This document shows, piece by piece, positions 1 to 10,305 of a stretch of 64,000 nucleotides of DNA. The translations under genes and the position numbers were made by a program. The stretch lies in the NCBI GenBank assembly GCA_020184695.1, contig JAANOX010000063.1:105041-169040 (forward strand), written 5' to 3'. Source of the stretch: Histomonas meleagridis 2922-C6/04-290x. Its lineage: Eukaryota; Protista; Parabasalia. The stretch's first letter is position 1. Each line of letters starts with the position of its first letter. Under the pieces are notes generated by a model that saw only the letters and a list, made by a program, of their open reading frames with translations, made no database searches and had not been told where the DNA came from.

Positions 1-709
1 AAGCATACAGAAAAAGTAATATGGAAATATTTAAATTACTTCTCGAGCATGGAATAGATATTAATGCAAAAACTATTTATTTACCTAATTTAATTTTTAT
101 TTTTATCATTTGTTGTTTCAAAATAACATTTGGAAATTATTCAAATTATTTATGACAGCACTTATTTATGCATCTGAAAGAGGTGACACTGAAATAGTTA
201 AATTACTTCTTGAACAAGAAAAAATTGATGTTAATGCTAAAGATATTTGTTAATTTTTTTTAATGTTTGTTATAAAAAACTAACATTTGTAAATAACACA
301 TGGAAATTATTTAAATCATTTTCAACAGCATTTATTGAAGCATCTAGAAATGGTCATATTGAAATTGTTAAATTACTTCTTAATCAAGGAATTGATATTA
401 ATGCTAAAGATATTTGTAGGTTTTAATTGAAATTTATTTTAACAATTTTATATTTCAAGACAACATTTGGAAATTATTTTACATATTTTGGACAGCTCTT
501 ATGAAAGCGTCTTATGGGTTTCATGATGAAGTAATTAAATTTCTTCAAGAACAAGAAGAAATTGATATTAATGCTAAAAATATTCAAATTTTTTAATCAA
601 TATATATCATAATATTTTGATGGTTCAAAATAACATTTGGAAATTATTCTTATTATTTATGACAGCATCTATGATTGCAGAAAACATTATAAATCGTTTT
701 TGTTCTTGA
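1..709 (+). CDS. 3' part of an ankyrin-repeat gene whose repeats are interrupted by 80-nt spacers (runs off the window's left edge)
   Basis: Open ankyrin blocks 1-74 (partial), 155-244 (TALIYASERGDTEIVKLLLEQEKIDVNAKD), 325-411, 492-581, and a tail 662-709 ending in TGA. Spacers 75-154, 245-324, 412-491 and 582-661 are each 80 nt. Confidence 0.85.
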
Positions 710-1430
710 ATTTCTATTAATAATTTATTAAACAAAAATAAAACATTTTTTTTTTTTTTTACTGATTACTATACATATAATTTTTTTTTCTTTAAAATGT
801 TGTTTGTTAAATAGTGTTAAGAATTTGAAATAATAGAAGTGATGGCTCAAGGAGATTTTGTTGAAGATGAAAAAGATTTTTGTTGGTGAGATTGAGATAA
901 TATTAGAGAATATTAGATATGGATGTAATAAAATGATTGATGTCAAATTCGGGTATTTGAACATTAGCAATGTCAAGAAAAAGAAGGATTTGAACAAGCA
1001 TATGTTGGAGTGTGCCAAATTTGGATGATTCATATTCATAATTTGAAAAATGCCAAAAATTACTCTAACCAAGAGGAGCAAGATCTCATTTGTAGTATGG
1101 ATAATTAATGTTGCTAATTGAGTTTCTATCGAATTATCATCAAAAATTAGATTTTGATTTTTGGAAGGAATAGCTTGAGGAATTGTTTAGCTGAAGATTT
1201 AAATAATTACCTTAATTGAAATGATTGTGTACCTACATCTTCTTTAACATACTGAATAAAAATCAGAAAGCTTTTACACACAAACTTTTATTCCTACATG
1301 TAAACTTCGTGAGGCTCACATGTGCGTATAATGTCTTCAAATCTGACCAAAAAATTCATGAGAAATTAAGTGACACGTCCACTTCTTATAAATGATTTTG
1401 TTAAAATATTTGCGCGTTTATTTATTCAAA

Positions 1431-3203
1431 TTAATTTAAGCATTTCGCTTTACAGCCATTTTTTACCCAGAAACAGTAGAAAATTGTTGTTGCCAGTATC
1501 CCAGCGCCAACAGCTATGCTATAAACGAGAACCACATTAAGTCCCGTTTGTAGAGCAGAGAGACGTGGAGTAAACACAGAGCTTAACACATTTATACATT
1601 TAGTGTCCATGCTTCTCGATGTTGTATAATTCCCATAACTCAAGACGAAGTTATTTTGTCGTACAAAAATTTCATGATTTCCAAATGCGTTTTCCCCAAT
1701 TTCACCAATACTATCCCCACAAAAAATAACATAATTAACATTGGGAGCATAAAAAGCATAATCGCCAATGTATTCAGCATCATCATTAAGGAAAACAATG
1801 GATAATTGTTCATACCTATAAAATGCAAATGGCATAACTTTCTTAACTGATAAACCAAAGCTTGCAGCATCACACACTGGACAACCAAAGTATACAGTCG
1901 TATTGCTTTTGTCTAAAACATATCCAAAATCAGAATTATAATTAAAACTTGTGCTGTTTTCATCAACATCAATATCGGTTAAATTGGTGCACCCTATAAC
2001 GGGGTTACCCAAAATGTCGGTTATGTTGTAGTGAATTCGGAGATACGTTAAGGAGGTGCAATTCATAAAAGAACAATTACGAAGCGTATTGACAGAAAAA
2101 GGAATATCGAAATCTCTAAGGGAATAACAGAAGGCAAAACAATAACCAGGGATTTCTGTGATGATGCTATTTTCAAATTCAATGGTTCGAATATTTATAC
2201 ACGCTCCAAACGCATATTGCGCAATCGATGAAATACTAGCTGGAACTAAAAATTTGTTATCTCTGTAACCAGGAGGGCAACGGACGAGATGGGTTTTGTT
2301 CTTACTGTAAATTGTACCATTTATTTCCGAATAATGAATACTTTGTTCATCAACAACAAATCTATACAATTCATTGCCTTGAACTAAGAAACCATCCATG
2401 AGTGTAATTATCCTTCTAGGAATATGAAATTCTGTGAGTCTAGATCTAGTAAAAGCATATGGATTTATTGTCAAATCAGATCCTTCAGAAAAGGCAATAT
2501 TTGAAAGAGTGGTAAGCGCGAACGCGTAGGTGTCAATAATTCTAACTTTCGACGGAATGTGTATTGTTGTAATATTAGATGACGAAAATGAGTACTGAGC
2601 TATGACTTCAGTATCTTCATCAATTTCAATTGGTTCGCTTATCACTTTAGGCGAAATCCAGAGGGAATTATTTTGATATAAAATTGATTTGATTAATTTA
2701 AAGTTTGGACTTTTGTTTCCAATACGTTTAATGCCTGTACATCCAGAAAAAGCGTTTGCATAAATATTATGCACTTTTTCTGGTATATCAATCTCGGTTA
2801 GTGATATGCAATTTCTGAATGCAAAAGAATTGATAATTTCAAGACTATCAGGCAATGTAATTGAGCTCAGGGCGTAACAGTTTTCAAAGGCGGAAATAGG
2901 TATTTCTTTGATTTGTGAAGAAATTTTAATTGATTGAAGGGCATTTAAGTCGAAAAAGCATTTATTTCCAATACTTTCAATAGAATCTGTCATTTCAATC
3001 GATTGTAGGCTAGTGCATGATTGAAAAGCATCTTCTGCTATTGATTTAAAATTATCTGATATAATAATTTTTGTTATTTCGGATCTTTTTATTCCTTTAT
3101 ATAACACATCTTTGAAACTAACAGTATTGGTCCCGTCATATTCAATTGTCAATTCAGTATCATTTAGTTTGGATATAACAAGGAAACAGAAGCACACAAA
3201 CAT
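1431..3203 (-). CDS. BspA-like leucine-rich repeat (LRR_5) surface protein, type I membrane
   Basis: Repeated IxxxAFxxCxxLxxIxLP units, hydrophobic N-terminus from ATG at 3203, C-terminal TM helix (VVLVYSIAVGAGILATTIFYCFWV). Confidence 0.9.
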   Translation of the reverse strand: MFVCFCFLVISKLNDTELTIEYDGTNTVSFKDVLYKGIKRSEITKIIISDNFKSIAEDAFQSCTSLQSIEMTDSIESIGNKCFFDLNALQSIKISSQIKEIPISAFENCYALSSITLPDSLEIINSFAFRNCISLTEIDIPEKVHNIYANAFSGCTGIKRIGNKSPNFKLIKSILYQNNSLWISPKVISEPIEIDEDTEVIAQYSFSSSNITTIHIPSKVRIIDTYAFALTTLSNIAFSEGSDLTINPYAFTRSRLTEFHIPRRIITLMDGFLVQGNELYRFVVDEQSIHYSEINGTIYSKNKTHLVRCPPGYRDNKFLVPASISSIAQYAFGACINIRTIEFENSIITEIPGYCFAFCYSLRDFDIPFSVNTLRNCSFMNCTSLTYLRIHYNITDILGNPVIGCTNLTDIDVDENSTSFNYNSDFGYVLDKSNTTVYFGCPVCDAASFGLSVKKVMPFAFYRYEQLSIVFLNDDAEYIGDYAFYAPNVNYVIFCGDSIGEIGENAFGNHEIFVRQNNFVLSYGNYTTSRSMDTKCINVLSSVFTPRLSALQTGLNVVLVYSIAVGAGILATTIFYCFWVKNGCKAKCLN

Positions 3204-3697
3204 GCTGGTCACAAAGCACTTTTTGAGTTTATTAAAAAATATTTTTTCAAACGTTTTTGTGGTTAATAAATTCAATTGATTTCATATTAAAATACGTTAT
3301 CACTGATGAATTCAATAACGGGAACTGTCTTCATCAGAAAAACATAACGTCATTACAAAAATTTTTCGGAACATCAACCTTCCAGTTTTTATGGTTATAA
3401 AATAACGATGATTTTTTATTCATTTAGCTTTATCGTTGGGAAACCGTTTAAAGCTTTAAATTGGCCAATTCATGAATATAAATTGTATACAAATATTTCA
3501 TTTATAAAAAATGAGATAATGTGTTCAAAATATTTTCTATATTTGATATTTTTCTAATTAGAAGGAAAGAAATGTTCTTACCATTCATGTTTGAGTTAAT
3601 GAGTTGCGCACATTTATAAATGATATATTTCATTCCGAAAACAAAAGGTATCTTATTAGTTACTTTTATTAAAAATCATATTTGTATTTACCGCATT

Positions 3698-4594
3698 TCA
3701 ATCACTCTGTCTTGTATAGTATGGATTTTCATTGAACATGATATCATGTTTTTTAAACAAGTACACAGATATCTGTCCGAGTAATGAAGGGACAAAATCA
3801 AACAAGAAATAATAGAAAAATGATATAATCCTTGCATTTGCATTTGGCATTTCGCCACTTTTTTCAAGCTGACTCGAGACATAATTTTGCAGGGGATTGA
3901 TGCTAAAGTATTGCGTGCCATTGTAGAGCATTCTAAGCAGAAATATGACAACAAATGCGATGATTCCAACTTTACAGAAATTAACACAACAGACGTCCTC
4001 AGGCTGAACCATCGGATAAGTTACGGCTTCAAGAAGTGAAAAAGCAGGTAGAGTAAAGAAAATTGCAATGATTAAATCTGTGCATGCACCCCAAAGAGAA
4101 AGTGAGATATCAGGGTCAACAGAGTCATGGAGATCATAAAAGCTAAGGAAAATGCCAAGGGCTACAAATGTAACAAGAAAAAGTATGAAAAGATATCTGA
4201 AGAATTTTGTTGAACGAGTTCCTGGGCTACGATATGTAAATAATAAATCAAAAAGAATAAGAATTACAAGGCACATAGAAGTGAATAATAATATGCGGTC
4301 TAAAGCAACAAAAAATATTTTGAAAGTTCTTGGTTCCCAATGGAAAGGAACAAGTGCTATAGTTCCTCTGTATAACTGAAAAATAGCTAAAAATACCCAG
4401 AATACTGAAGTTTGGTCAATTATAGATTTTTTAGATTTGGAATTTTTGATATTCATTATTAAAAAGATAATGCTGACTAAAGATCCACCATAAAAAAGGA
4501 TACCTAAAAAAATGCTTTCCGGAATATTACATCCAAACCCAGGTAATACATTTTTGCATACAAATTCTTTGTCCCAATTATCTGTCGAATTCAT
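3698..4594 (-). CDS. Multi-pass (about 7 TM) membrane protein, GPCR-like/THH1-TOM1-like
   Basis: 298-aa ORF with about 7 hydrophobic segments; family assignment is tentative. Confidence 0.7.
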   Translation of the reverse strand: MNSTDNWDKEFVCKNVLPGFGCNIPESIFLGILFYGGSLVSIIFLIMNIKNSKSKKSIIDQTSVFWVFLAIFQLYRGTIALVPFHWEPRTFKIFFVALDRILLFTSMCLVILILFDLLFTYRSPGTRSTKFFRYLFILFLVTFVALGIFLSFYDLHDSVDPDISLSLWGACTDLIIAIFFTLPAFSLLEAVTYPMVQPEDVCCVNFCKVGIIAFVVIFLLRMLYNGTQYFSINPLQNYVSSQLEKSGEMPNANARIISFFYYFLFDFVPSLLGQISVYLFKKHDIMFNENPYYTRQSD

Positions 4595-4653
4595 TTTTAA
4601 TGTCGGTTAACTCTCTTACAAAAAGTGGAATGGCTCAAAAGTGCCAAACGAGC

Positions 4654-4661
4654 GGCCGTTA
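4654..4661 (+). promoter_or_regulatory. M3-like core promoter element (GGCCGTTA) in an 88-bp divergent intergenic region
   Basis: Matches the trichomonad M3 consensus RRCSGYTD, about 22 nt upstream of ATG 4683. Similar motifs precede other genes (6376, 28097-28104 minus, 34251, 41493). Confidence 0.6.
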
Positions 4662-4682
4662 ATTATCTGCAATAAATTTTAA

Positions 4683-6221
4683 ATGTCTTCATCAAAACCA
4701 GAGAAAAGCAAACAACAAAAAGCCTATTTATTTGATGTTTCAGTTGTTTCATTACCATTAAATTTTGCTGTTCTTCTTAATCCTATAATGATAAAAAAAT
4801 TAAAAATATCAGAATCAAACACTGCCTTAATTAAAAGCACTTCTGGCAACATAGCATTTGTCCATGTGTTTGAAGATTCTGGATGTCCTCAATCTGAAGT
4901 GAAAATTCCACGAACTGTTCAAATGTCATTAAATGCAAATATAGGAGAATCGGTTCCAATCTTATCATATGAAAGTGAAAGTCAATGTAGTGCATTAAAT
5001 ATTGCGCCTTTATTTAATGATAAAGATGTAAATTATTCTTCTCGAGTTTCACAATATTTCACATCTACTGCACGAACAGTTTCAAGGTGTTCTATTTTCA
5101 TGCTTCTAATTGATGAAATTCCTCGATTTTTTCAAATCACGCAATGTTTACCAAAAGAAAGATGTATTACAACAGGGGACACAAAAGTATTTTTTGACAA
5201 AACAAAGTATGTGGTAACTGATTATCCAATTATTCCATATAGTTTTTCAGATATTGCATTTGAAAAAACTATTATTGAGCTTGTTCGAAATGCTGTTTGG
5301 CTTCCAATGAATAGACCTCAGTTATATGATATCCTTGATATTGATACATCTAGTGGCTTAATAGTTTATAGTAAGAAAGGAAATGGAAAAACCGCTTTTT
5401 TATCGGCGGTTGCTAAAATTTTAAACGTTCCCACGAGATACGTTTATTGTAAAAATTTGGGGCACTCCAAAAATGCGATAGCACAAATTAGAAAAGTTTT
5501 TGAATTTGCTTATTCTCAAAATAAATGTCTTCTAGTTTTCGATGATATTGACTATATTGCAAATGATATTAGTAAATGTAAGTACTCTGAAGAAAGAGAA
5601 AGAACTGCACAATTTATCTCATTGTTAGATAAAGCAATGAAGAATCCAAAATTCTCAATCATAGCTTCTTCATCTTCGAAAGGTAGCATTGATAATTCAT
5701 TAATTCGTATTGGTCGATTTGGTTATGAAATTGATCTTGACGATGTAACAATCACAGAGAAAGAAGAAATAATACGTCTCAACACTCGAGGTTTAAGTAA
5801 TCCTTCTCTTGATATTAGTTCTTTGGCTGCAAATTATACTGAAGGTTTTACAAGATCTGATGTTGAAAAATTTTGTATGAATGCAATTGCAAAAATGATC
5901 AATCCGATGAATCCTTTAGTTGTTAGTGATGTTCCAAACAACTTAATTGCGTTTTCTACTACAACAAAACTTAATCTAAATCACTTCATTGAGCGTAACA
6001 TTCCAAGACGTGAATCATTTAATGATCAAGTAGACACAATCAATGCCTTTATTGAAGGAAATCAATCACCACAAAAGATTAAGAACCCATTTGCAAGAAA
6101 TACATATGGAGAAGAACCTGAAGAACAGAGAAAACCTAATCCTTTTGCTAATAGTGGAAGGCAAGAAACAGGCGAACATAGTCAATTTATGCAACGTGGA
6201 TGGAAAAATCCATTTGCATAA
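4683..6221 (+). CDS. Divergent CDC48/p97-like AAA+ ATPase (N-domain plus one AAA module) with a C-terminal NPF-motif tail
   Basis: N-domain-like VKIPRTVQMSLNANIGESV, Walker A-like SKKGNGKT, Walker B LVFDDID, SRH-like IDNSLIRIGRF, three NPFA motifs at the C-terminus. Confidence 0.8.
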   Translation: MSSSKPEKSKQQKAYLFDVSVVSLPLNFAVLLNPIMIKKLKISESNTALIKSTSGNIAFVHVFEDSGCPQSEVKIPRTVQMSLNANIGESVPILSYESESQCSALNIAPLFNDKDVNYSSRVSQYFTSTARTVSRCSIFMLLIDEIPRFFQITQCLPKERCITTGDTKVFFDKTKYVVTDYPIIPYSFSDIAFEKTIIELVRNAVWLPMNRPQLYDILDIDTSSGLIVYSKKGNGKTAFLSAVAKILNVPTRYVYCKNLGHSKNAIAQIRKVFEFAYSQNKCLLVFDDIDYIANDISKCKYSEERERTAQFISLLDKAMKNPKFSIIASSSSKGSIDNSLIRIGRFGYEIDLDDVTITEKEEIIRLNTRGLSNPSLDISSLAANYTEGFTRSDVEKFCMNAIAKMINPMNPLVVSDVPNNLIAFSTTTKLNLNHFIERNIPRRESFNDQVDTINAFIEGNQSPQKIKNPFARNTYGEEPEEQRKPNPFANSGRQETGEHSQFMQRGWKNPFA

Positions 6222-6375
6222 TTCCAAAAATTATAATTTGTTTATAAATGCTGTTTGATTTATTTTTTCTTATTACACCGTTATTGTTTAGCTTCTAATA
6301 ATTTTTTTTATTCCCGATTAAAAACATATTTTTTTAGGATATATTGTCACTTTTCAATTATAAACAACTCAATAT

Positions 6376-6393
6376 AACCGTTTTCAAGTCACT
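6376..6393 (+). promoter_or_regulatory. M3-like element (AACCGTTT) plus initiator (TCACT)
   Basis: AACCGTTT at 6376-6383 and TCACT at 6389-6393, 15 nt before ATG 6409; typical trichomonad core promoter layout. Confidence 0.7.
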
Positions 6394-6408
6394 TTTTAAA
6401 ATATTAAA

Positions 6409-8535
6409 ATGTCACAGCACTCTTTCGTTGAAGCAAATGTTCATGCAATGGTAGAAATTTGTTTAAACTCAGATCTTGATCATCTTGAACAGTATGTTAA
6501 CAACAATTTTGGACAAGGCTTTGGTCTTGATTTTTGTCTTGATGATCAAAAGCAAACACTTCTTCATATTCTAGCGGGAAATCTACAATTTGAATATTGG
6601 GACACAATACTTAGATGCTTTGTTTATGTAAATTCACCAGATGCAAACCAACATACACCACTTCATATTGCAGTTTCCAAACGAAATATCAAAGCCATTC
6701 GAGCGCTTGTAGCTGCTGGTGCTTCTATGACCAATGAAGATGAGCATGGTGTTAATCCTTTTCAACTTGCTTGTAAAAGTGATTTTAAAGATGGTCTTGA
6801 AGTCTTTCTTAGCACACCCACTGGTATGCGTTATCTTAAGTCCAATTTTACCAGCAATGCTTGTTTATGTATCGATAATAATTCCATAGAATGTTTCAAA
6901 ACAATCATTCGAAGTGTTCCTGAAGCCAAACTCAACGAACTCAATGAAGATGGCAATGCTCTTATACATTATGCTGCCCAAAGTAAATCCAAAAAGTTTC
7001 TTCGGGCATTATTAGATCTTAAAGTTGACATAAATCTTCCCAACAAATCCGGCTCTACACCAATCGAATGTGCCACCAAAGAAAAGTCCGCAGTTCTATT
7101 GTATATTAAAGGCGCCAACATTCCAAAAGTCCAAAACAACAAAAAACTTCCTCCGATCATCGAAAGCATTACGAAAGAAAGTAATTGGCAGTCCACAGGC
7201 GAATGTTTTACTCCATGTGAGTTACATAAGTTTGCCATGGAAGGTAATGCGCAAGGTATTTTATCACTTAATTCCAAGAAAGTCGATATCATTGATTGTT
7301 TTTCATATTCTCCATTAATGTATGCAGTTGAATACTTTAAAGATCCGACTGCAATTTCTGCATTACTTAAACAAGGCGCAGATCCCAATTTTCCATCGAC
7401 AAAGTCTAAATCCAATTTAACAAATGCATATCATTTAGCAGCGTTAAAAGGTAATGCAGTAGCAATTCTTGAATTTAAGAAGAAGTTTGCACCGAATTTC
7501 TCATACTTAGATAAGAAAGGACGAAATTTAATATTATGTTCAATATTATCCAAAGATATCACAACTATTAATGAGATCGTTTTAGCAGCGCCAAATATTG
7601 ATGGACCTTTTGATCAAATAATTAAAGCATTATTATCGATAGAAAATGATTCAACATTAGCAGAAGTAACAAAAATATTAATATCGAAAGGTTTACCAGC
7701 TAAATCTGTTGATGAACATGAAAAGTCATTAATAATGTATGGAATTGAAACCGGGAAATCGAAATTTGTTGAAGTTTTATTAAATAATGGCGCGTTAACA
7801 GAACTTGAAGCAGATGATGCAATCATCACAGCTGTTAAGAATGATCAACCAGATATAGTTATATCATTATTAAGTTCTACAAATCCATTACAATTAAATG
7901 TAAATCCATTAATAATGCATCAAGGATTACCATTAATATTTTATACAATTAATAAGTCGATGGACATATTAAAAGTATTATTTACATCAAATCAAACAAT
8001 TAAAACTCAAATAGATACTAAAGGTAATACATTTTTACATCGAGCTGCTTATTTAGGTAATTTAGAATGTATTAAATATGCAATTGAAGTGATGAAAATT
8101 GATGTTAACATTATTAATAATCAAGGAGAAACACCATTACATAAGTTAATGCATGATTTATCAAACAACTTTGAGAACAATTATAAATATTTAGTTGAAA
8201 AAGGTGCAAATATTAAACAACTTGATAATTCAGGTAATAATATATTACATTTCGCTGCCGAAAATAATAACAAAGATGCGTTAAGTATATTATTAGGATT
8301 AGAAAATGTTAATGAACCAATTCTAAGTGAAAATGATATCAATGAAATGATACAACAACAAAATAATGATGAAAGAATACCATTAGAAGTTGCATCGAAA
8401 CATTTATCTGATTTAAAGAGTGCTTTTGCAATGAACAAGAAATGGCAACTTAAAATATTCGATGGTCCTATTACTGATGAAACATTTCAAGAGTTTGCAC
8501 AAAAGAACTTATCGCCGAATGTTAAAAAAACATGA
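6409..8535 (+). CDS. Ankyrin-repeat protein (probably the N-terminal part of an Ank-RhoGEF gene split by a frameshift)
   Basis: Many uninterrupted ankyrin repeats (QHTPLHIAV, GNTFLHRAA, GETPLHKL, GNNILHFAA); stop overlaps the next ATG (ATGA). Confidence 0.85.
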   Translation: MSQHSFVEANVHAMVEICLNSDLDHLEQYVNNNFGQGFGLDFCLDDQKQTLLHILAGNLQFEYWDTILRCFVYVNSPDANQHTPLHIAVSKRNIKAIRALVAAGASMTNEDEHGVNPFQLACKSDFKDGLEVFLSTPTGMRYLKSNFTSNACLCIDNNSIECFKTIIRSVPEAKLNELNEDGNALIHYAAQSKSKKFLRALLDLKVDINLPNKSGSTPIECATKEKSAVLLYIKGANIPKVQNNKKLPPIIESITKESNWQSTGECFTPCELHKFAMEGNAQGILSLNSKKVDIIDCFSYSPLMYAVEYFKDPTAISALLKQGADPNFPSTKSKSNLTNAYHLAALKGNAVAILEFKKKFAPNFSYLDKKGRNLILCSILSKDITTINEIVLAAPNIDGPFDQIIKALLSIENDSTLAEVTKILISKGLPAKSVDEHEKSLIMYGIETGKSKFVEVLLNNGALTELEADDAIITAVKNDQPDIVISLLSSTNPLQLNVNPLIMHQGLPLIFYTINKSMDILKVLFTSNQTIKTQIDTKGNTFLHRAAYLGNLECIKYAIEVMKIDVNIINNQGETPLHKLMHDLSNNFENNYKYLVEKGANIKQLDNSGNNILHFAAENNNKDALSILLGLENVNEPILSENDINEMIQQQNNDERIPLEVASKHLSDLKSAFAMNKKWQLKIFDGPITDETFQEFAQKNLSPNVKKT

Positions 8536-10136
8536 AAGGAACACCATTAATTACATATGTAATGGACAATTGTGAAAATAAGGATTCTATTGTAGGCTAT
8601 GTCCAAAACTTATTATTATTCGGCGCTGATCCTTCTAGTCAAGACACAGAAGAATTAACACCATTACATCATGCTATAGCATTAAAGAACAATGAGTTAG
8701 CGAAGATATTAATCGATGAAGGCTCATCATTCATCATAGGACCTATCATACGTGTATATGCTGAAGAGAATGGAACGCCTGAAATGCTCGACTTGATAAA
8801 GCAACCAGAAAAAAGAGCATCAGCAGTCGACGAATTTTTACAGACGCAAATTAATGCCGTGGATACAATGGCTGCGATATTGAAGTTTAAGAATCGATTT
8901 AATCGGCCGAACGAAGATTTAACAATTCGCTTTTATATGGATGAAGTCTCGAAAATGCATCGATTGTTATCATTGTTTGTAGATCGCCTTCGAAAGATAT
9001 CACATAATATGAAACCATCTGCAGAGTTTGGTAACTTCTTTATGTATTTTGTCGATGCATTTATCCCATTATTAAATATACCAACTGTATATCATACGGC
9101 GTTAAGCGAAATACAACAAATTCCAGAGCTAGCGCAAATATTAACTGAAAGCGTTGGATTTAATAACTATAACTTGGCCGACACTTTGATTGTACCTGTA
9201 CAACAATTCACGAGATATCATGAATTAATTAGAGCGATAATTAAGGCTACACCTCCCGACCATCCGGATATAGCACAATTACAACGAGCGCATCTAAAAT
9301 ATAATAACTTAGGAAGAGCTTCAAACGAAAGAATGTTAATTGCGGAAAGTAGAGAAAAACTGAAAACAATAACATTGAAATCAACGGTTAACGATAAGAT
9401 GAGTCAATATAATCCAAATGATGTGTTGCTTTATCATGGATTATTCGAAAAGAAATCACCACAATTACCTCCGGAAGGTACAAAAGTCTCCGAATCTTAT
9501 GAATGGGGTCTGAAAACAAACCAAATTCAATCAGGAAAAATTAACGTGCAATATTATACAACGTTCGGAAAAAGTTTGAAGTCGTTTATGAAGTCACAGA
9601 AAATTGGAATTTTTCTGTTCAGTAAGATAGCTTTGTTTGGTTTACAGAAAAACGAAGAACTATTCAAAATCAAGTTTTCATGTCACTCCTCTGAAATTTT
9701 GTGGGACTTCTCAAAAAGTTTGGGGCCTGATACGTTCCAAATATGGACGCCAATAGGTCAATTCGTATTAAAAATTGAACCTCCTAAGAACTCAACTGCA
9801 GACTTCGAAAAAACTCAGTGGAAAAATAACGTGGCAAAACTTTCAAAAATCGATGAATCAGAAATGTCAACTGTAAATGGTAAGGAAATTTGTTACGTTT
9901 CTTGGGCTGGTAAAGAAACTCATTGCGTGCACTCAAAATTGTTCATGGTTCATTGCGCAGATAAAGAAGAAGCAAAGAAGAAAATATTGGAAAAATTGGA
10001 ACAATTAGGAACACCAATAGAAACAATACCAAACCCAATGGGCGGTACAGAGCCATTAGTAAGCTTTTGGTTCCAAACACATTGTCCACCACAAGGTCAA
10101 GACACCGACATTTTGTCTGATGTGAACCTTCTTTGA
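8532..10136 (+). CDS. Ankyrin + DH (RhoGEF) + PH-like domain protein (C-terminal part)
   Basis: Ankyrin ELTPLHHAIA; DH signature LIVPVQQFTRYHELIRAIIKATPPDHPDIAQL; PH-like IFLFSKIALF...FQIWTP. Confidence 0.85.
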   Translation: MKGTPLITYVMDNCENKDSIVGYVQNLLLFGADPSSQDTEELTPLHHAIALKNNELAKILIDEGSSFIIGPIIRVYAEENGTPEMLDLIKQPEKRASAVDEFLQTQINAVDTMAAILKFKNRFNRPNEDLTIRFYMDEVSKMHRLLSLFVDRLRKISHNMKPSAEFGNFFMYFVDAFIPLLNIPTVYHTALSEIQQIPELAQILTESVGFNNYNLADTLIVPVQQFTRYHELIRAIIKATPPDHPDIAQLQRAHLKYNNLGRASNERMLIAESREKLKTITLKSTVNDKMSQYNPNDVLLYHGLFEKKSPQLPPEGTKVSESYEWGLKTNQIQSGKINVQYYTTFGKSLKSFMKSQKIGIFLFSKIALFGLQKNEELFKIKFSCHSSEILWDFSKSLGPDTFQIWTPIGQFVLKIEPPKNSTADFEKTQWKNNVAKLSKIDESEMSTVNGKEICYVSWAGKETHCVHSKLFMVHCADKEEAKKKILEKLEQLGTPIETIPNPMGGTEPLVSFWFQTHCPPQGQDTDILSDVNLL

Positions 10137-10305
10137 TTAAATAATAAATTGAGCCGATAAATATCTTTTAGATTAAGGAAAACTATTTGTAATTTTATGC
10201 ATTTATTAAAGATGAAGCAAAAAATCTTTTTAATCGTTTTATATAGAAAAAGTTGCTTACAACAGTTGTCATTTTATTTGTTCACAAATAAAAAATGACA
10301 TTCTA

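Noticed and set aside
75-131. T4 gene 60-like ribosomal bypass between matching ATT codons 53 nt apart
   Set aside because: It fits some copies, but the landing codon is absent in others (ACA, TTT), and two spacers (17570, 17740) have in-frame stops after the landing site.
243-326. AT-AC (U12-like or Giardia-like) intron from g|ATATTT to AC|AG
   Set aside because: That cut is 84 nt, which does not restore the frame; it also deletes the conserved T codon, and the first dinucleotide varies (AT, CT, GA, AC).
75-661. Stop-codon reassignment (TAA/TAG read as amino acids) explaining the broken ankyrin ORFs
   Set aside because: 80-nt spacers shift the frame, which read-through cannot fix, and conserved genes here (RPS9, Hmp31, katanin) end normally at TAA.
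728-1081. 117-aa minus-strand ORF from the track
   Set aside because: Non-ATG start, poly-K/F low-complexity artefact of A/T tracts, no family similarity.
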